A stretch of DNA of 32,000 nt. Origin: Pirellula staleyi DSM 6068 (GTDB lineage: Bacteria > Planctomycetota > Planctomycetia > Pirellulales > Pirellulaceae). The position numbers and the translations under genes are program-made. Shown here piece after piece: positions 9,042-17,158 of the stretch; the first letter of the stretch is position 1, and the number at the start of each line of letters is the position of its first letter. The notes beneath the pieces were generated by a model that saw only the letters and a list, made by a program, of their open reading frames with translations, did not search any database and was not told the DNA's origin. The DNA lies in assembly GCA_000025185.1 (NCBI GenBank), contig CP001848.1:930001-962000 (forward strand). Direction: 5' to 3'.

Positions 9042-9228
9042 CGCTACGACCCGCAAAACCGCTGCCACTTGCACACTTGCTTCACGGCACCGAACATGGA
9101 GAGGAGAAACAGAGTTTCGTGGACCCACTGGCAAATCGCAAGTGGACTCCTGTCGACTGCCTTCCCAGCAAGCGCAGCTCGACCGATCGACTCCCACCCC
9201 GGCTCCTCGCATCGATAAGGATGCTCCG

Positions 9229-11034
9229 ATGCTCCCGCCGCTACGATTTCGAACCTACGCCGCGCTGTTGCTGCTCGTCGCCACCCGCGCAGCGCTCGCC
9301 GCAGATGCCGGGCTGCTGAGCGCCGTGGTCGATCGCTCGCCGGTCGATGTGCTGCTGACTGCCGACGAAAAATTCCTCGTCACACTGAATCAAACCAGCA
9401 GCACCGCCACGCTGCTTGCCTGGCCGAGCGGCACCCGGCTCGACGAAGTGGCTGTTGGGAAACATCCGGTCGCCATTGCCCAGATTCCTGGAACAAGCGA
9501 GCTGCTGGTGAGTGGCCATCACGACGGCTCGCTCACGCAGCTGCGGATCGAAGCTGGCAAGCTCGCGCTAGTGCGAACACTCGACCTCGGGATGCAGCCG
9601 CACGGCATTGCGATCACCGCCGATGGGGGGCTGGCATATGTGGCCCAAACAGCAGCGGCCAAGATTGCGATCGTCGACCTCGCTGCCGGAAAGATTGTGG
9701 GGCAGATTGAATCGGGGCGCTGGCCGCGCGCAGTGGCTCTGTCGAGTGATGGCGCGCGCTTGGCGGTGGCCAGCAGCGGCGATCGAGGGATGTCGATCAT
9801 CGACCCGGTGAGTAAAACGCTGCTGCAAAAAACATCGTTTTTCGGCCTGAATATCGGTCATTTGCAGATCGATAAGCAAAACGAGTATGTCTATTTCCCG
9901 TGGATGATTTATCGCAACAATCCGATCTCGGTGAACAACATCAAGCTCGGCTGGATCCTGGCGAGTCGCATTGGTCGGATCAAAATCGATGGCGCTTCGG
10001 CGCGCGAAACCTTTTCGCTCGATCCACCTGGGCTCGCCATTGCCGACGTGCATGGCCTCGCGCTCACCCCCGATGAAAAGCATCTCGTCGTCTCGGCCAG
10101 TGGCACGCACGAACTGCTGATCTACAAAAACGAAGGGCTGCCGTTCAAAGAACATGGGGGAACCGATCACGTCGATCCGGAGCTCGCCAAAGATCGGAGC
10201 CGCTTTGTGCGCATCGAGCTCGGCGGGCGTCCGATGGGGCTGCGGATCACGGCCGATGGCAAGGGAGCGATCGTTGCTAACTACTTCAAAAACAGCCTGC
10301 AGATTGTCGACCTCGAGAACCGCGAACTTGCGCGCGAAATCGACCTGGGACCTGCTCCCGAACCGTCGCTCGAGCGACGCGGCGAGGCGATTTTCTACGA
10401 CGCACGCCGCAGCCTCGATCAGTGGTACTCGTGCCACACCTGTCACTACGAAGGTGGGATCAACAGCGTGACGATGGACACCCTCAACGATGGGAGTGGC
10501 GGGACCTACAAAACGGTGCTCAGCCTCGAGCATCTGCACGAAACGGGACCCTGGACGTGGCACGGCTGGCAAACCGACCTCCGCTCGGCGATGCAGAAAT
10601 CACTAACCGAAACGATGCAAGGGAGCAGCGGCTCGGCGGCCGATGTCGACGCGATGCTCGCTTTTTTCAAGCAGCTGAAGTTGCCCCCCAATCCGTTCCG
10701 GGAAAAAGATGGCACCTTGTCGGCCGCCGCCCAGCGTGGCGAGCAGGTGTTTCACTCCCGCGCAGCAGCGTGCGCGACGTGCCACTCCGGCCCCGCCTTC
10801 ACCGACGGCAAGACGCACGACGTGGGGCTCGGCAGCAACAAGGATCGCTATTCGGAGTTCAACACCCCGACGCTGCGTGGGGTCTATCAGCGCGTGAAAC
10901 TGCTGCACACCGGCAAGGCGAGCACGCTCGAAGAGGTTCTCACTGGCGCACATGCGCCGAGCCAAGTCGCCGGCGAGCGCGACCTCACACAGCAAGAACT
11001 GGCCGACATCGTCGAGTACCTGAAGTCGCTGTAG
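9229..11034 (+). CDS. Secreted beta-propeller (YVTN/lactonase-type repeats) fused to a di-haem cytochrome c peroxidase/MauG-like domain
   Basis: Start at the internal ATG 9229 with AAGGA 8 nt upstream and signal peptide MLPPLRFRTYAALLLLVATRAALAADA. Repeated propeller motifs (GxxPHGIAITADG, PRAVALSSDGARLAV, GLALTPDEKHLVV, PMGLRITADGKGAIV). Two CxxCH haem c sites: CHTCH 10432-10446 and CATCH 10771-10785. Confidence 0.8.
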   Translation: MLPPLRFRTYAALLLLVATRAALAADAGLLSAVVDRSPVDVLLTADEKFLVTLNQTSSTATLLAWPSGTRLDEVAVGKHPVAIAQIPGTSELLVSGHHDGSLTQLRIEAGKLALVRTLDLGMQPHGIAITADGGLAYVAQTAAAKIAIVDLAAGKIVGQIESGRWPRAVALSSDGARLAVASSGDRGMSIIDPVSKTLLQKTSFFGLNIGHLQIDKQNEYVYFPWMIYRNNPISVNNIKLGWILASRIGRIKIDGASARETFSLDPPGLAIADVHGLALTPDEKHLVVSASGTHELLIYKNEGLPFKEHGGTDHVDPELAKDRSRFVRIELGGRPMGLRITADGKGAIVANYFKNSLQIVDLENRELAREIDLGPAPEPSLERRGEAIFYDARRSLDQWYSCHTCHYEGGINSVTMDTLNDGSGGTYKTVLSLEHLHETGPWTWHGWQTDLRSAMQKSLTETMQGSSGSAADVDAMLAFFKQLKLPPNPFREKDGTLSAAAQRGEQVFHSRAAACATCHSGPAFTDGKTHDVGLGSNKDRYSEFNTPTLRGVYQRVKLLHTGKASTLEEVLTGAHAPSQVAGERDLTQQELADIVEYLKSL

Positions 11035-11082
11035 CGCTCAATTTGTACTCTAGTAGTCCGTCGAGCGATCCATGCTGGGCAA

Positions 11083-13842
11083 TCACTCAGGAGCAAACGC
11101 GCGCTCGATACCGCCGCGCGCGGCAATTGCGCGATCGATTTGCGCGATGATCTCGAGCGTGCGCTCAAGCGCCCCGAGCAGCTGCTGATAATGCACTTGA
11201 TCGCTGCGCGTGAGCGTTCGCCCACGACGATCGGCGAGCCACTTTTGCGCGGGGGCATGCGCGCCAATGCGATACTCAAACACCTCGCGCGAGCAGCATG
11301 CCATCGACCGCTCGGCGCTCACCAAGACCTGCCCCGCGCTCCACTTCGGATAGCGCGGCTGAGTAACCAGCCCTTCACCAGCAGTAGTGAACTCCGGCGC
11401 AGCGTGCCGCAGCAGATGCACGTCGATCAGCTGCCGGCCGAGCGTCGTCAGCTCGAGCGCCAGGTCCGCTTCTCGCGGCACGATCACGCGCGGAAATTCG
11501 CGCCACAACGACTCCGCAAAACCTTGTCGATACGCGCTCGAAGCCAGCGTGGCATACAGTAGCGCCAGGCAAGCTGCCTCGTCACCATGCTCGCTCCCGC
11601 CGATCCCCAGGCGCGTCATTTTTTCGCGTATTTCACTCGAAATATTACCTTTTTTCGAGGGGACCCCTGCGGCAAACCGCCAGAGTGGAAAGAGCGATTC
11701 GCTCCCCCGGTTGTCGCTCCGCAGGATTCCATCGAGCGTGATGGCGTCGGTGATCCAGAAGAAATTCGCCGCGCGACCCGGCAGCATTTGCCGCCGCGAA
11801 ACGAGGAGCCAGTTCGTTTGATCGATCACGTGCCGCATCAGTTCGCCGCGCGGCCAATCGATGAGCAGCGGATGCCAAAACAGATAGCGCGAGTCGAAAG
11901 GTCGATACGCACAGCGGCGGACATAGCGCGCGAGATCGATCCCCTGCTCTACTTCGGCGCGCAGCGCTGCGCGAACTGCGGCGAGCTTGAAGCTCCGCGT
12001 ATCTCCTGCTGGATAGCGCGGCGAACGTGGCCGCGCGAAGAGAAGCGTTCGCAGCTCGTCGTCGCTCGCGCGCTCATCGACCAGCATCCCGATTCGCGTT
12101 AGCAACTCTTCCTCGGTGAAGGCAATCACCAGCCCATCTCGGGCGGTCACCACGGCAGTGCTGGTGAGCGGCATCACTTCGGTGAGAAGTGGCGCCTGGC
12201 GATACCAGGCATTGGATACCAGGTCCTTTGGCGAGCGAAACGGATAGTCGCTTCCGGCAGGGTGGAGTAGTTCTCCTGGCGTGCCGCGCTCCACCTGCTG
12301 CTCGAACGCCGCGAGCTTTTCGTCCACCGTTCCCCAGTAATCGAAGCGGCGCACGGCAGGCGCAAGCCCCGCGCGCGAGCGCAAAAAGAACGCGCCGATC
12401 CCCGCATCGAGTCCAAAGATGTTTTCGTTCGAGGCCATCTGCTCACGAAGCGAAATGGGCTGTTTTTCTAGCGTTTTAGAGATTTTTTCTGGTAGCTGCG
12501 GCGCAAGCTCGCCACTCTTGCGATTGCCATGAAAGTCGGCAATCTCGATTCGCGGAAACGTGTGATGAAGTCGCCGCCGCGCGAGGCGAAACGTTGTGTT
12601 CTCGAGCCAGCTATGGCTGGTCACCAGCGCCACGACCCCGAGCCCCGCGCGCTCGATGCACCACTCGGCGAGTCGCAAAAATTTAACGTAGTCGTCGTGC
12701 AGCCAGGTCTTCCGCTCGCCGAGTCGCTCGCCATCGAACTTCAGATAATCGCGCACTCGTTGCGTGATCCACTCGCCTCGATTTTGCGAGAGCGAAGCAA
12801 ACGGCGGATTCCCGAGAATCACCGTCAGCGGCTCGGCGTGCAGCCATCGTCCGTCGTCGGCAGGACCCTCGAGCGCACTGGCGGTGACGATCGGAAGTCC
12901 CACCGGCGAGGTGAAACGATAACCGGTCCGCGCCAGCAGATCGACGATCCGCAGCGCCATCACCGCCGACGCTTCGGGGAAGAGTTCCACCGCCGCTAGT
13001 CGCGGGAGCAAATGCCGATCGATGTAGTCGTTCCACGCCTCGAGCGGCGCTCTGCCACACGCTTCCGCCTCGGCGATCACCGACTTATGAATCCGCGCGA
13101 TTGCGGCGAGCAAGAACGCGCCGCTCCCTGCCGCTGGGTCGAGTATCCGGACCACCGGACCCGTAAAACCGTGCGGATTTCCCTGGGAATACGTGTTCCA
13201 GCAGGTTGTGTCGGCAAGTCCACCCGGGAGCTCCAGCTCATCGCGCAGCAGTTGATCGACGCGCTCGACCATCGCCGTAGCGAGCCGCTCGGGGGTAAAG
13301 AAAACGCCTCGAAACTTGCGGTGCGCTGGGGACCAGGCGGCCAGCAGCAGTTCCCACAAATGGGGCCGCTCGTGCTCTGCAATCATCGCCGCGGAGCGCG
13401 CCAGAAGCTGCCAGTTTGCATCGTCGCGCGCCAGACCGCGGCGCAGCTGACTCGCCACGTGCGCGAGCCAGGGCGGCGACGTCTCTGCGAGCCACGCCAG
13501 GGCCCGATCAACATAGTGCGGCACCACAGCTGGCCACTGCAAGCGCGCTAGCACCACGATGGTGGCCAGCTTCTCGGTGAGCGCATCGCTCGCGCGCAGA
13601 TCGGTGGCAAGATCAGCTGCGGGGGTCACGCTGGCGAGACTCGCGAGCGCTTCGTCTACAGCGATTTCCCCCTGCAGCGACGCCTGGCTCAGCGCCTGCG
13701 CCACACCATCGCGCAGCGGTAGAAGTTCACTCGCGAGGCGGCGAATCGCGGCGGTCGTTCTCACGCACCTTGACCCAGCGGCAGCAATTTCGGCGTCACA
13801 TGCTCGGTCACAATTGCGCCGAACAGCGTGTGCGGTGCGCAC
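11083..13842 (-). CDS. N6-adenine DNA methyltransferase, type ISP/IIG-like MTase + C-terminal specificity domain, no nuclease or helicase domain
   Basis: FRGVFFTPERLATAMV (motif X-like), ILDPAAGSGAFLLAA (motif I; D codon at 13140) and VILGNPPFAS (motif IV NPPF, 12810-12799), in gamma-class order. The C-terminal VFEYRIGAHAPAQKWLADRRGRTLT...HYQQLLGALERTLEIIAQID resembles the C-terminal domain of type ISP enzymes such as LlaGI/LlaBIII. The start is uncertain: ATG 13842 overlaps miaB by 82 nt, while GTG 13764 would give a GTGA overlap with the miaB stop. Confidence 0.8.
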   Translation of the reverse strand: MRTAHAVRRNCDRACDAEIAAAGSRCVRTTAAIRRLASELLPLRDGVAQALSQASLQGEIAVDEALASLASVTPAADLATDLRASDALTEKLATIVVLARLQWPAVVPHYVDRALAWLAETSPPWLAHVASQLRRGLARDDANWQLLARSAAMIAEHERPHLWELLLAAWSPAHRKFRGVFFTPERLATAMVERVDQLLRDELELPGGLADTTCWNTYSQGNPHGFTGPVVRILDPAAGSGAFLLAAIARIHKSVIAEAEACGRAPLEAWNDYIDRHLLPRLAAVELFPEASAVMALRIVDLLARTGYRFTSPVGLPIVTASALEGPADDGRWLHAEPLTVILGNPPFASLSQNRGEWITQRVRDYLKFDGERLGERKTWLHDDYVKFLRLAEWCIERAGLGVVALVTSHSWLENTTFRLARRRLHHTFPRIEIADFHGNRKSGELAPQLPEKISKTLEKQPISLREQMASNENIFGLDAGIGAFFLRSRAGLAPAVRRFDYWGTVDEKLAAFEQQVERGTPGELLHPAGSDYPFRSPKDLVSNAWYRQAPLLTEVMPLTSTAVVTARDGLVIAFTEEELLTRIGMLVDERASDDELRTLLFARPRSPRYPAGDTRSFKLAAVRAALRAEVEQGIDLARYVRRCAYRPFDSRYLFWHPLLIDWPRGELMRHVIDQTNWLLVSRRQMLPGRAANFFWITDAITLDGILRSDNRGSESLFPLWRFAAGVPSKKGNISSEIREKMTRLGIGGSEHGDEAACLALLYATLASSAYRQGFAESLWREFPRVIVPREADLALELTTLGRQLIDVHLLRHAAPEFTTAGEGLVTQPRYPKWSAGQVLVSAERSMACCSREVFEYRIGAHAPAQKWLADRRGRTLTRSDQVHYQQLLGALERTLEIIAQIDRAIAARGGIERAFAPE

Positions 13843-15200
13843 TCGTAAATCGCCAGCTGCACCAACTCTCCGGTCAAGCGCCGGTTCCCATCAAACACCA
13901 CAATCCGGTCGCAAGGGGTCCGTCCGGTCAGCTGCACGAGGTCTCCTTCGACCTCACCGCGCGAAACAGCGCGGCTGCTGGGACCTTCCACCAGCACTTC
14001 CACGCGCTGCCCCAAAAACTTCTGATTTTCCTGCTCCGAAATCCGATTTTGCAGCTCGAGCAGTTCGTTGTTGCGGCGATGTTTCACGTCGAACGGAATG
14101 TCGTCGGCCAGCAACTCCGCCCCCTTCGTGCCGGGGCGTTCGCTGTATTTGAAGATAAAACTATTCTTGAAACGACAGTCGGAAACCAGCTGCTTGGTCG
14201 CTTCGAAATCGGCTTCGGTCTCGCCGCAAAATCCGACGATGAAGTCGCTCGTCACCGCAGCATCCGGAACCATCTCGTAGATCCGCGCCATCATCTCGCG
14301 ATAATCTTCCACGCTATAGCCGCGCTTCATGCGTGTGAGAACCGTGTTGCTGCCGCTCTGCGCGGGGACATGCAAGTACGGCGAAACTTTGGGCAGATCG
14401 CGCACCGCAGCGAGCAGATCGTTGGTCATATCCTTGGGATAGTTCGTGACGAACTTCAGCCGCTTGATCCCGTCGATTTCCGAAAGGTTCACGAGCAAAT
14501 CCGACAGCCGCGTGGTGCTCTCGCCACTCTTGTAGCGATAGCTGTTCACCGTTTGTCCGATGAGCGTGATCTCTTTGCAACCTTGGTCGGCGAGGATCCG
14601 TGCTTCGTCGTAAATCTGCTGTGGCGGACGCCCTTGCTCGGGGCCGCGCGTGCTCGGAACAATGCAGTAGGTACAAAACTTGTCGCAGCCGATTTGAATC
14701 CGCAAATAGGCCTGAAACGGCGTGGGACGCATCGTCGGATCGCGCAGTGGATCGAACGTTTCGTGACTCCGACGCACCTCTTCGTTCGCAGCATCTTTGC
14801 GCCCGAGACTTACCGCCATCTGCTTTCCATGACCGGCGGCAACTTGATCGATCAGATCGGGAATGCGGCTGAGCTGACCCGGGCCGACCACGAGATCGAC
14901 ATACGGCGCGCGATCGAACACCAGCTGCTGATCTTTCTGCGCCATGCACCCCATCACGCCGATGATCTTGTCGGGATTCGCCTTCTTGAGCGAGCGCAAA
15001 CGTCCAAGCGCCGAGTACGTTTTGTTCTCGGCTTGCTCGCGCACGCTGCAGGTGTTGAACAGCAGCACGTCGGCCGACGCTTCATCGCGCTCCAGCTCGT
15101 AGCCCCGTTTGCGCAAACTGGCGACCACCATCTCGCTGTCGAGCACATTCATCTGACAGCCGACAGTTTCGATGTAAAGCCGTTTCATCACCGCACTCAC
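13761..15200 (-). CDS. miaB: tRNA-2-methylthio-N6-dimethylallyladenosine synthase (radical SAM methylthiotransferase)
   Basis: KRLYIETVGCQMNVLDSE, LLFNTCSVREQAENK, IQIGCDKFCTYCIVPSTRGPE (CxxxCxxC) and a C-terminal TRAM-like region. Full-length MiaB architecture. Confidence 0.9.
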   Translation of the reverse strand: MSAVMKRLYIETVGCQMNVLDSEMVVASLRKRGYELERDEASADVLLFNTCSVREQAENKTYSALGRLRSLKKANPDKIIGVMGCMAQKDQQLVFDRAPYVDLVVGPGQLSRIPDLIDQVAAGHGKQMAVSLGRKDAANEEVRRSHETFDPLRDPTMRPTPFQAYLRIQIGCDKFCTYCIVPSTRGPEQGRPPQQIYDEARILADQGCKEITLIGQTVNSYRYKSGESTTRLSDLLVNLSEIDGIKRLKFVTNYPKDMTNDLLAAVRDLPKVSPYLHVPAQSGSNTVLTRMKRGYSVEDYREMMARIYEMVPDAAVTSDFIVGFCGETEADFEATKQLVSDCRFKNSFIFKYSERPGTKGAELLADDIPFDVKHRRNNELLELQNRISEQENQKFLGQRVEVLVEGPSSRAVSRGEVEGDLVQLTGRTPCDRIVVFDGNRRLTGELVQLAIYECAPHTLFGAIVTEHVTPKLLPLGQGA

Positions 15201-15273
15201 TTCTCGTACTTACCAAAATCGCTTGCTACGAAATCACACACTGCCCCAAGGCTCCTCGATCGACCGAGCCCCG

Positions 15274-15483
15274 CTACGAACTCTTCCCCTTGGCACCCGC
15301 TGCTTGTTTCTTCTTCGCCTTCCGCTCGGCTTTTCGTTTTCGCTCGAGCTCTTCGGCCGCTTCGGCGCTCAGCTGCGTGATCAGCACCGTCCGCCGATGC
15401 TGCATCAACTTCACGAGCGACACCACAGCGACGTAGCTGCCAATGGCCAGCAGCGCGTAGTCCCACCACTGGAAGTTAAGCAT
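15274..15483 (-). CDS. Small membrane protein (69 aa) with a Lys/Ala/Glu-rich C-terminal tail
   Basis: Internal ATG at 15483 of track ORF 15274..15846: MLNFQWWDYALLAIGSYVAVVSLVKLM (one TM helix), then EAAEELERKRKAERKAKKKQAAGAKGKSS. The upstream 120 codons look like non-coding read-through. Sits directly upstream of miaB on the same strand. Confidence 0.45.
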   Translation of the reverse strand: MLNFQWWDYALLAIGSYVAVVSLVKLMQHRRTVLITQLSAEAAEELERKRKAERKAKKKQAAGAKGKSS

Positions 15484-15668
15484 GGCCCGGTTCCATCCGT
15501 TGTCAGCGTCGCGTCGAGGACGAGGTTCATCCGCCTCTCGCACCCATCCGTCGGGGGAGAGCGTCGTCGATCGAACGTCTGGCTTCGAGTGTACCTTGCA
15601 GCCCCGCGACAGCACCAGCGGGAAAAGCGGCTGAGCCGCACCCCGCCCCCATGAGCCATCAGCGCCCG

Positions 15669-16049
15669 CTAGCACGCATCCGGACCCGGAATTTCGGGGC
15701 GGAGTTCGCGAATCTGGTTCTTCTCGTCGACAAACACCACTTTGGGGCGGTGGGTGGCGACCTTTTCTTCCTCGAGCGTGGTGAACGTGGCCAGGATCAT
15801 CAGATCGCCGGGACTCACCAGATGGGCGGCTGCTCCGTTGATGCAAATCACGCCGCTGCCAGCTTTTCCCTCGATGGCGTAGGTCGAAAAACGGGTCCCG
15901 CGGGTGACATTCCAGCAGTGCACTTCCTCGAACTCGGCAATATCGCTCGCCTCGAGCAGCGTCCGATCGATCGTCACGCTCCCCTCGTAATGGAGGTCAG
16001 CCTGCGTGACGGTGCAACGGTGGATTTTGGATTTAAGCATGCGGCGCAT
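15669..16049 (-). CDS. panD: Aspartate 1-decarboxylase (pyruvoyl-dependent)
   Basis: [25 protein letters not shown] contains the Gly-Ser self-cleavage site, and [18 protein letters not shown] is a PanD block. The start may be the ATG three codons downstream (16040). Confidence 0.9.
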   Translation of the reverse strand: MRRMLKSKIHRCTVTQADLHYEGSVTIDRTLLEASDIAEFEEVHCWNVTRGTRFSTYAIEGKAGSGVICINGAAAHLVSPGDLMILATFTTLEEEKVATHRPKVVFVDEKNQIRELRPEIPGPDAC

Positions 16050-16180
16050 ACCGCCATTTTACTTATCCACCCCCGCGTCGAACAGGACGCCCCACCCTCG
16101 CAACCCAACGTAAAAAACTTGCTGCTGAGTCGGGGGGGTGGCACAATTTGCCCCCAGTGTGAGGCGATCTGACTTTGCCC

Positions 16181-16232
16181 GGGTGGCACTGCTAACTTGC
16201 CTGGGTGGCACTGCTGGCTTGCCCAGCAGTGT
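16181..16232 (-). repeat. Composite repeat core, two tandem inverted-orientation copies, the second forming a perfect hairpin
   Basis: GGGTGGCACTGCTAACTTGCC, then TGGGTGGCACTGCTGGCTTGCCCAGCAGTG, which is the reverse complement of the core CACTGCTGGGCAAGCCAGCAGTGCCACCC. 16209-16231 is a 9-bp stem (CACTGCTGG/CCAGCAGTG) with a 5-nt loop. Confidence 0.8.
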
Positions 16233-16284
16233 GATCCACTAACCACCTGCCCACTTCTCTCCCTGTCTTCCAAGGAACCGATCG

Positions 16285-16845
16285 ATGCAGCCGATCCATG
16301 CCACTGCTCAGCTCAACCTGCGGATGCAGCCTCTCGACCGGGGCGACCTGTTTGAAGATCCCCTGATGGAAGAGTTGGAGAGCCAGGAACTCGGGGAGGT
16401 GACCGGCGGCGGCACGATGATGCAGGAGTCGGGCGAGATCGACTACTGCGATATCGAGCTGGAGCTGAGCGACATCGAGCGCGCCGTTCCGCTGGTCTGT
16501 CAATTCCTGGAAGAGCGTGGGGTGCCACGCGGATCGAAACTCACCTACCACGTCGGGGAAACGGCGCACGAAGTCCCCTTCGGCCGGATGGAAGGTTTGG
16601 CGATCTACCTCAACGGCACCGACCTCCCCGAGGAGGTCTACAGCGAGTGCGACATCAACTTTGTCTTCGACGAGATCAATCGGCTGATCGAAGGCCGCGG
16701 CGCGATCCTCGGCCACTGGCAAGGCCCGACCGAAACAGCCCTCTACATGTACGGCACATCGGCCGCCGCCATGCGCGAAGCCATCACCCCCTTCGTCGCC
16801 GAATATCCCCTCTGCCAGCAATCCCGCTTCGCCCAAATCGCCTAG
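16285..16845 (+). CDS. Hypothetical acidic cytoplasmic protein
   Basis: GC3-rich codon usage on the + strand; the antisense ORF 16192..16836 is a shadow. No family recognised. Alternative start at 16324 (MQPLDRG). Confidence 0.55.
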   Translation: MQPIHATAQLNLRMQPLDRGDLFEDPLMEELESQELGEVTGGGTMMQESGEIDYCDIELELSDIERAVPLVCQFLEERGVPRGSKLTYHVGETAHEVPFGRMEGLAIYLNGTDLPEEVYSECDINFVFDEINRLIEGRGAILGHWQGPTETALYMYGTSAAAMREAITPFVAEYPLCQQSRFAQIA

Positions 16846-17052
16846 TGCAATAGAGAACTGTAAGCACCCTCGCCGAAACCGAACTGCAGAGATCTCAGAG
16901 AATCTTCGTATGCAGCAAACATCGCAACGAACGAATCACAGAGAGTTCAAGTACTTATTCAGATTTCTACACGACCTAACAACCAAAAGAACTGACACGC
17001 TTACACTAATGAAAATCTCACACACACCTTCCCTGAGAAGGCATAAAGACAC

Positions 17053-17081
17053 TTGACATTACGACCCTAACCAAAAACAAT
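17053..17081 (+). promoter_or_regulatory. Putative sigma70-type promoter for the islet operon
   Basis: TTGACA (17053-17058), a 17-nt spacer, then AACAAT (17076-17081), about 80 nt upstream of ATG 17159. The -10 matches only 4/6 and planctomycete promoter rules are poorly known. Confidence 0.3.
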
Positions 17082-17158
17082 CCGCTTGATACGTAGCTCC
17101 CGGCTGATTCAGCCTCCTCCAAATCAACTTACACCTAGCCAACCACGTACTGAATCAT

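Noticed and set aside
8759-9228. N-terminal extensions of the track ORFs 7580..9013 (-) and 8872..11034 (+), which overlap each other in the divergent intergenic region.
   Set aside because: The extensions lack similarity to the respective families and are Arg/Cys-rich. Internal ATGs give canonical N-termini: MAERTKRIGVLTAGGD for PFK, and a signal peptide with an AAGGA RBS for the peroxidase fusion.
11083-15200. Possibility that the large methyltransferase belongs to a complete restriction-modification or BREX/DISARM-type system.
   Set aside because: No nuclease, helicase, PglZ, BrxC/L or specificity-subunit genes are adjacent. The neighbours are miaB and a periplasmic peroxidase fusion. The gene is reported only as an orphan MTase.
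15484-15846. Upstream two-thirds of the 190-aa ORF 15274..15846 (-).
   Set aside because: The composition is Arg/Pro/Ser/Gly-rich, like non-coding high-GC read-through, and the region overlaps the 3' end of panD. Only the terminal 69 codons look like a real small protein.
16976-16983. 8-nt direct repeat CTAACAAC at 16976-16983 and 18862-18869, as possible att sites or a target-site duplication flanking the islet.
   Set aside because: It is too short to be significant in an A/C-rich background. The positions do not coincide with the composition boundaries and no recombinase is present.
17027-17041. Hairpin CCTTC-CCTGA-GAAGG in the islet leader. Its loop resembles the REP copy at 19000 (CCCTGAGAGGGG), so it could be a left-boundary REP copy.
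   Set aside because: It has only a 5-bp stem and lacks the conserved TGTCAGG / TGACCTAC termini. The similarity is limited to about 7 nt.
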